Source: Nemertoderma westbladi
Taxonomy: Eukaryota > Animalia > Xenacoelomorpha
Assembly: GCA_032718475.1 (NCBI GenBank)
Contig: JAUCBJ010000459.1
Location: forward strand, 1 to 64,000
DNA: 64,000 nucleotides
Direction: 5' to 3'
The notes under the pieces are model-generated. The model had not been told where the DNA came from. It searched no databases and saw only the letters and a list, made by a program, of their open reading frames with translations. Position numbers and translations under genes: made by a program. Below, piece after piece: positions 56,914 through 64,000 of the stretch (positions are counted from its first letter, which is position 1; the number at the start of each line of letters is the position of its first letter).

Positions 56914-59900
56914 CCAGTAAGCGTACCGAGAGACACTCTCTATAGCCGAGTGGGGGCACTTTATTCCCAACCCCGAAACAAACAAAATATCATAACCCCC
57001 CTCTATCAATCAAATAATAGTGGTGGGTGGGAGCTGGCGAGTAGAATTTATGGCACGAATTGGGTTCGGCTTGCGTCGCATCATGCGGGTTTGGCCCCGA
57101 TCGATATAGTAACATATTAGTAATGCAACTGCGTAAACAAACTACAAGAAGTTACGACAATGATAGAAGGATTCATATTTAGTGATATGTTATGTATGAT
57201 TGTTATATATATATATTCTAATAAGTAGATGTAATTATTTATTATTACTCTTTACTTTAAAGTGCATGTTGGGCTCTACTCTCTCAAAATCTTAACAATT
57301 CTGAAACAAGTTCATGTAGGTGAGTTGGAATGACTGCGTTCGCATGGCCGGGTTGGTTGAGTAGTCCTACGGATATTAGCCTGTCAATGTGTGGCCCATA
57401 TGTCCGGTAAGCAACCGAGGGTGCACTCTCTAAAGCCGAGTGGGGGGCACTTTATAATAATAACAAGTAATCACGAACCCCGTCCTCTTATAAGTTATCA
57501 TAATTTTGGATTAAAGAAAATTGTTTTAGACCCAATTGATAAAGTAACATTATTATTAATGCTACCATATAGACAAAGTTGAAGATATGGATTAATAATT
57601 AATTTATCCTTTATTAACTTATCCTTTATTAATACTACATACTTCAATGTGCCAATTGTAATAATAATGAAACATTTTCCAGTTAATACAGGTTTCACCC
57701 CATTTGATATTATACTGCGGCATTATATATTAATATAACCTCGCAGGCAAACAAGAAGTAAAGCAAATGTTTCTTATCTTAGATTTAGAGTGATTTTAGA
57801 GATTTAGAGCTTAGTGAATGATTAGAGAATTAAAAAATATGCCAGTACTTGCCTTTTGATCAGATAATCAAAGCGTCTTTAGTATAGTACCATAATAATA
57901 TCAATTAGCAATCTGTTATACAATATAAATACTAAAATCTATTTTTCAAATATATTAAGAGCCCAACATTGTATATTTATCCTACAGGTGGAGAATCTAG
58001 TTTATTAGAACTTCATATAATTTGGTATAATGTATAATATGTTATAAATAAGACTGAGGTACCTAAACTATATTGAAAAGAAATCAAATACCCGAAAGTA
58101 ATATACTAGCCCCTCCCTCCACCCTATAAATAGTGTTTGCCACCTACCCCACCCACCACCCTTGGCGCTCCGGTCACTCCGTTCCCTCCGCGGGGGGATT
58201 AAGTAGTCGGTTTTGATACTATGCAAAATCTGAGCACAGCGTTAGAAGCGCATTGGATAGGCAAACATTTCTTGCGGTGAAAGTATTTTCATACCTATTA
58301 TAGTTTTCAAGATAGTCAGGCATGAGTAGCAAAAATTTGAATTTTTTCTGGTAAAGTCTGATTTTACCGGTACCTGTAATCCGAAATATGGATTGTGATA
58401 TATCGTTGGATGCGGGCCACCAAACTGTACATTCACATGTTTTCAAAAAAAATTTTCGATAAATGGTCATCGAGTTATCATAAAATTACGAGAATCAGAC
58501 TTTGGACGACCATATCTCTGGTACCGGTAGGCCTATTGAGTTGAATTTTTTTAAAACTTACTTAGAACGGTCCATTGAATGTTTCTTAGTTTGAAAATTT
58601 TGTCTGAAAAGGCTTACATCAAAATTCTAAAAAACCGATCTTTTGCGATCGTGGTGATCAGGGCTTAAGTTGTTTATATCTCGAAAACTAATGACCGTGG
58701 TAGAAATCTGAATACATCGTTAGAAGCGCATTGGATAGGCCAACATTTCTTACAGTGAAAGTATCTTCATACCTATTATAGTTTTAGAGATAGTCAGACA
58801 TGAGTAGAAAAAATTTGAATTTTTTTTGGTAAAGTCTGATTTTACTGGTACCTGTCATCCAAAATATGGGTTGTGATATATCGTTGGGTGCAGGTCCTGT
58901 AACTGTACAATCACATTTTTTCAAAAAAAAAATTCGATCAACGGTTCTCGAAATATTATCGAATTACCGGAAGCAGAATTTGGACGACCATATCTCCGGT
59001 ACCGGTAGGCCTATTGAGTTGAATTTTGTTTTAACTTACTCAGAACGTTCCAGTGAATGTTTCTTATTTAGAAATTTTTGTCTGAAAATGCATACATCAG
59101 ATTTCTTAAAAACTGATCTTTTGCGATCATGATCTTTTGACCCTCTAGAATTGAACTTTTTTATGCCCGAATTTTGGCTACCCCCCCTAATTCGAGGGTG
59201 AGGAATCTTTTTGTGATGTTAAGTTTTTCCATACGGTGAACTCACAGGACTTGCTCTTTGAAATAAAACCGAAAACACGATCTTTCCTGATCGCTGCCTG
59301 ATCAAATCACTTTTTGGAAATTTCGAAATACTCAAAAGTTGCCCCTTCCTAATAGAAGTCGATTAGTAAAAAAAAAATCGGGGGTCTCAAACAAAGTTTT
59401 CGAGAAAATTGGAAAAAACCGAAAAACACGATCTTTTACGATCAGGTAGCATATCTCGAGATCCGGTTGTCCGATCGAGCCAATTTTTTTTTAATCAACT
59501 CAGAATGAACCAGTGAACATTTCTTACAATGAATGTTTATTAAAAAAATGCTTAGATTCAATTTTAAATATACTGATCTTTTCGTGATCATGATCTTGAG
59601 TTTTGACCCACTAGACTTGAACTTTTTTATGCCCAAATTCTGGCTACCCCCCCTAATTCGAGGGTGAAGAATCTTTTTGCGATGTTAAGTTTTTCCATAC
59701 GGTGAACTCACAGGACTTGCTCTTTGAAATAAAACTGAAAACACGATCTTTTCTGATCACGGCCTGATCAAATCGCTTTTTGAAAATTTCGAAATGCACA
59801 AAAGGTGCCCCATCACCGTAGAAGTTGATTCGTAAAAAAAAAATCGGGGGTCTCGATGATAGTTTTCGAGAAAAATCTAAAAAACTAAAAAAACACGATC

Positions 59901-61106
59901 TTTTATGATCAGGTATCAGATCTCGAGAACCAGTTGTCCGATCGAGCCAATTTTTTTTTTAATCGACTCAGGGCGGTGCCCCGAAGGTTTCTTACAGTAA
60001 TTGTTTAATCCGAAAGTGCTTAGTTACGATTTTATTAAAGTCCGATCTTTGCAGATCATGATCTTGAGTTTTGACCCACTAGACTTGAACTTTTTTATGC
60101 CCAAATTTTGGCTACCCCCCATAATTCGAGGGTGAGGAATCTTTTTGTGATGTTAAGTTTTTCCATACGGTGAACTCCCAGGACTTGGTCTTCGAAATAA
60201 AACCGAAAACACGATCTTTTCTGATCGCGGCCTGATCAAATCGCTTTTTAAAAATTTCGAAATGCACAAAAGGTGCCCCTTCTTATTAGAAGTCGATTAG
60301 TAAAAAAAAAATCGGGGGTCTCGATGATAGTTTTCGAGAAAATTGAATAAAACCAAAAAACACGATCTTTTTCGATCAGGAAGCATATCTCGAGAACCGG
60401 TTGTCCGATCGAGCCAATTTTTTTTTTAATCGACTCAGGGCGGTGTTCTGAAGGTTTCTTACAGTAATTGTTTATATCCAAAATGCTTAGTTACGATTTT
60501 ACGATGTCCGATCTTTGCGCGATCCGGATCTTGTGTTTTGATCGGGAAGACTTCACTTTTTTTTAATTTTTTTAACGGGAATCATAACTAATGTGGGGTC
60601 GATGAATCTTTTTGTAATGTTAAGTTTTTCGATTGGAGCAAGCCTTGAGTGTCCGATTGCTGATCAAAACTGATCTTTACTGATCGCGGCCAAGATCATG
60701 TTCGGATCGCTACAAAAAAGATTATTTAAATGTAAACCCATATGCTGCCTATCGATTGGCGCCGGTCCCAACTCCGTAGCATTAGCCGTTTTGGCTGTAG
60801 CTCCCTAGCAACGGCGGTTGCCGAGGAACCCGTTTTTTCGCCTCAAATTGGCCCTAGCCGGAGAACCGTTGAGATTCACGAGTCGCCGAGTTTCACTAAA
60901 AGTCTTAGAATTAAATTTTGGGGGGGGGTCTAGGAACATTTTATTGGTGGTTTTGGCCTAGTTCTCGAGATAACCTTCTACTTCTCTAAAAAAGGCAACC
61001 ATTAGTTTTCCGAAGCCAGTTCAGCGAGGTGGCCGTCGTCGGGCTTTGGGCCGGAGTGATGTTTGTAGTCCTACGGACATCACGTAAACGGAACTGGCCC
61101 ATACAT
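56914..61106 (-). mobile_element. Non-autonomous 4.2-kb unit U4
   Basis: Near copy of U1 at an offset of about 56,900, bounded by CATCCAG junctions. Confidence 0.75.
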
Positions 61107-63469
61107 CCAGTAAGAAACCGAGAATGTACTCTCTATAGCCGAGTAGGGGCACTTATTTCCCGACCCCAAACAATGTATATAATCATGGCCCTCTACCCGA
61201 TGCAATGTACGCGTACGTACCCTTATGTTGGGAGGTCTATTTGCTAGCGGTTTGCTATATCGTTGCGAACGCTCGTTGCGAGTTAAGTTTATTGCTGCAG
61301 CGCATTGTTTCCAGAAATGTGTAAGTAATGTGTTCCACTATCGTTTTATACATGTCCGTTTCATGGGGTGAGAGTGGTTGCACTTATTTTATACAATATC
61401 GGCAATCATCGACATAGGCTAATTGTGCGTAACTGTTAACTGTTTTCAATACTTTCAAAGTGTCCAACCCCGACACAAAATTACATTATTTCTACCTGGG
61501 TATTAGATTGTCGAAAGGCCAAATCCTTCCTATCTCATGCTGTGGGTATATACAAAATTATTATAATGATTGAATTTATTATAAAGCCATTTTGTCTTTT
61601 TATGAGATGAGATAGACACCTTATCAATAATATTACCTTGCTATTGATTTGTTAATTAATATAATTATATAAGACATGCGGTAATGCTTACTATGAATGA
61701 TACATGCCATTATGCATTCGTAAGGCAGACAATACGTTCTAATTAGTTTACTAACCATACTATACAAACTGAGAAAGTGCTGCGCACGCTACGCTGACTA
61801 TTCCCCTCCCCCTCAACCCAACCACCACCCCAAGGTCGCTCCGGTCGCTCCACTCCCTCCGCTCCACTATTCCAATCGCATTCCCGAGTCAATTGAAAAA
61901 ATATATAATTTTATATTTCAAGATTATAGGTAAAGTTGTATGTATTGACAAAACTACTGAACGTATTGCAAATCTGAATACAGCTTTAGAACGGCATTGC
62001 ATAGGCGAACATTTCTTGCACTGAAAGTTTTTTCATATCTGTTATAGTTTTCGCAACAGTCAGACATGAGCGACGGTTACATCGAATATTTACAGTAAAG
62101 TCTGATTTTACCGGTAGCTGTCATCCGCAATATGGATTATGATACATCGTCAGAAGTGGGTCATCAAACTGTACATTCACATTTTTTCAAAAACAAAATT
62201 CGATGATCGGTTCTCGAGTTATCGTCAAATTACGGAAAGCTGACTTTGGAGGACCATATCTCCGGAACCGGTAGGCCTATTGAGTCAGAATCCATTTTAA
62301 TCTACTTGAAACACTCCAGTAAATGTTTTTTAATTTGAAAGTTTCATTCTAAAATGCTTAGAAATAATTTTACCAAAGTCCGATCTTTCGATCATATTGT
62401 AGACCAGTTTTGACCTTGAAGAATTAAGTTTTTTTGAAATTTTGTTTGACCTACCCCCCCTAAGTCGATGATGAGGAACATTTTTGCTGTGTTACACTTT
62501 TCGATAGGGTCACTCCTTCTGCGTCCGATTTTCAAAAAAACACGATCTTTGTACGATCGGCCATATATCGACCTGATCAAATTGCTTTTTGAAAATTTCG
62601 AAATGCACAAAAGTTGCCCCTTACTCAGAGCTATCGATTAATAAAATAAAATTGGGGGGTCAAGCCTTTCGTTTATGAGTTATTTAGAAAAAACTGAAAA
62701 ATATGATCTTTTACGATCAGGGCCAGATCAGGCACTTCTATTGCAGTTGATGGAATATCCTTCGTATGGGAGGTACTCCTAACATTGTTCTATCGAATTA
62801 TAAAAAAAAAATCGGGGGTCAAGCCTTTCGTTCTCGAGTTATTCGAGTTACCGTAACCTGACCTTTTGATCATTTACGGGATCTTCGGGAGCCCTTTTGA
62901 CCCCCTAGAATTCAACTTTTTTATGCCCATCTTTTGGCTACCCCCCCTAAGTCGATAGTGCTGAACATTTTTGTAATACTTCATTTTTCCATACGGGCAA
63001 TTCCTGAGTGTCCGATTTTTGATCAAAACTGATCTTTGCAGATCACTCAAAAACGAGACGGGAAACCCCCATTTTTTATGGCACTTTTCAATACAAACAT
63101 ATATATTTTACGTCTAATGGCAAAGTTTCAAAAAAATCTGAACGGTGGAAATTGGAAATGTAACCGTTTTCCACCATTTCCGCTTTTTTCGACTTTGACG
63201 GACAATATCTCGAGAACCGTTGGTCGTACGGAAAAATTTTCAATCACAAAAATGATCGGAATTAAATTTTGAGGGGGGGTATAGGAACATCTTATTGGAA
63301 GATTTCGCCTCCTTGTGCCATAAACTGCACACCTCTCTAAAAAAGGCTATCGTTAGATCACGACTATGCGTTCAAGACTAGGTGCGGACAAGTGGGATTG
63401 TCCGAGTGGGTGGTATGGTGTTAGTTAGTACTACGTACAGAGAAACCTGTGTTTCTGAGCCCAAGACAT
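61107..63469 (-). mobile_element. Non-autonomous 2.4-kb unit U5 (third subfamily)
   Basis: TACTC/GAGTA variant of the terminal inverted repeat, G.A hairpin at 61834-61865, and diverged single copies of the 478-bp and 467-bp modules. Confidence 0.7.
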
Positions 63470-64000
63470 CCAGTAAGAAACCGAGAATGTACTCTCTATA
63501 GCCGAGTAGGGGCACTTATTTCCCGACCCCAAACAATGTATATAATCATGGCCCTCTACCCGATGCAATGTACGCGTACGTACCCTTATGTTGGGAGGTC
63601 TATTTGCTAGCGGTTTGCTATATCGTTGCGAACGCTCGTTGCGAGTTAAGTTTATTGCTGCAGCGCATTGTTTCCAGAAATGTGTAAGTAATGTGTTCCA
63701 CTATCGTTTTATACATGTCCGTTTCATGGGGTGAGAGTGGTTGCACTTATTTTATACAATATCGGCAATCATCGACATAGGCTAATTGTGCGTAACTGTT
63801 AACTGTTTTCAATACTTTCAAAGTGTCCAACCCCGACACAAAATTACATTATTTCTACCTGGGTATTAGATTGTCGAAAGGCCAAATCCTTCCTATCTCA
63901 TGCTGTGGGTATATACAAAATTATTATAATGATTGAATTTATTATAAAGCCATTTTGTCTTTTTATGAGATGAGATAGACACCTTATCAATAATATTACC
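63470..64000 (-). mobile_element. Unit U6 (partial, U5-type 3' end, truncated by the window edge)
   Basis: Appears identical by eye to 61107-61637. Confidence 0.7.

Overview
AT-rich eukaryotic (animal-like, spliceosomal-intron-containing) genomic DNA. The whole window reads as a head-to-tail tandem array of rolling-circle (Helitron-like) elements, all on the minus strand. Six junctions share the 7-mer CATCCAG (minus strand CTGG|ATG; CCAG at 5, 4207, 6693, 56914, 61107, 63470). Each junction has a covarying NACTC-N9-GAGTN inverted repeat exactly 16 nt away on one side; the five whose other side is visible have a short covarying hairpin about 30 nt away there. One unit (6693-56913, about 50 kb) is autonomous-type. 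It carries a predicted spliced gene of about 2825 aa with this order: zinc knuckle, OTU protease, Cys-rich region, HUH Rep, PIF1-type helicase and a C-terminal SLX1-like GIY-YIG nuclease. The gene is split here by two single-base frameshifts and has a predicted 16.6-kb satellite-filled intron. About 31 kb of this unit is tandem repeat. The other units (4.2, 2.5, 4.2, 2.4 kb and one partial) are non-coding relatives; the two 4.2-kb units share both ends with the giant element. Every complete unit carries a strand-specific sheared-G.A ssDNA hairpin motif. The long ORFs in 20-35 kb and 38.8-52.5 kb are repeat artefacts. All domain calls are by-eye motif recognition, not database results.
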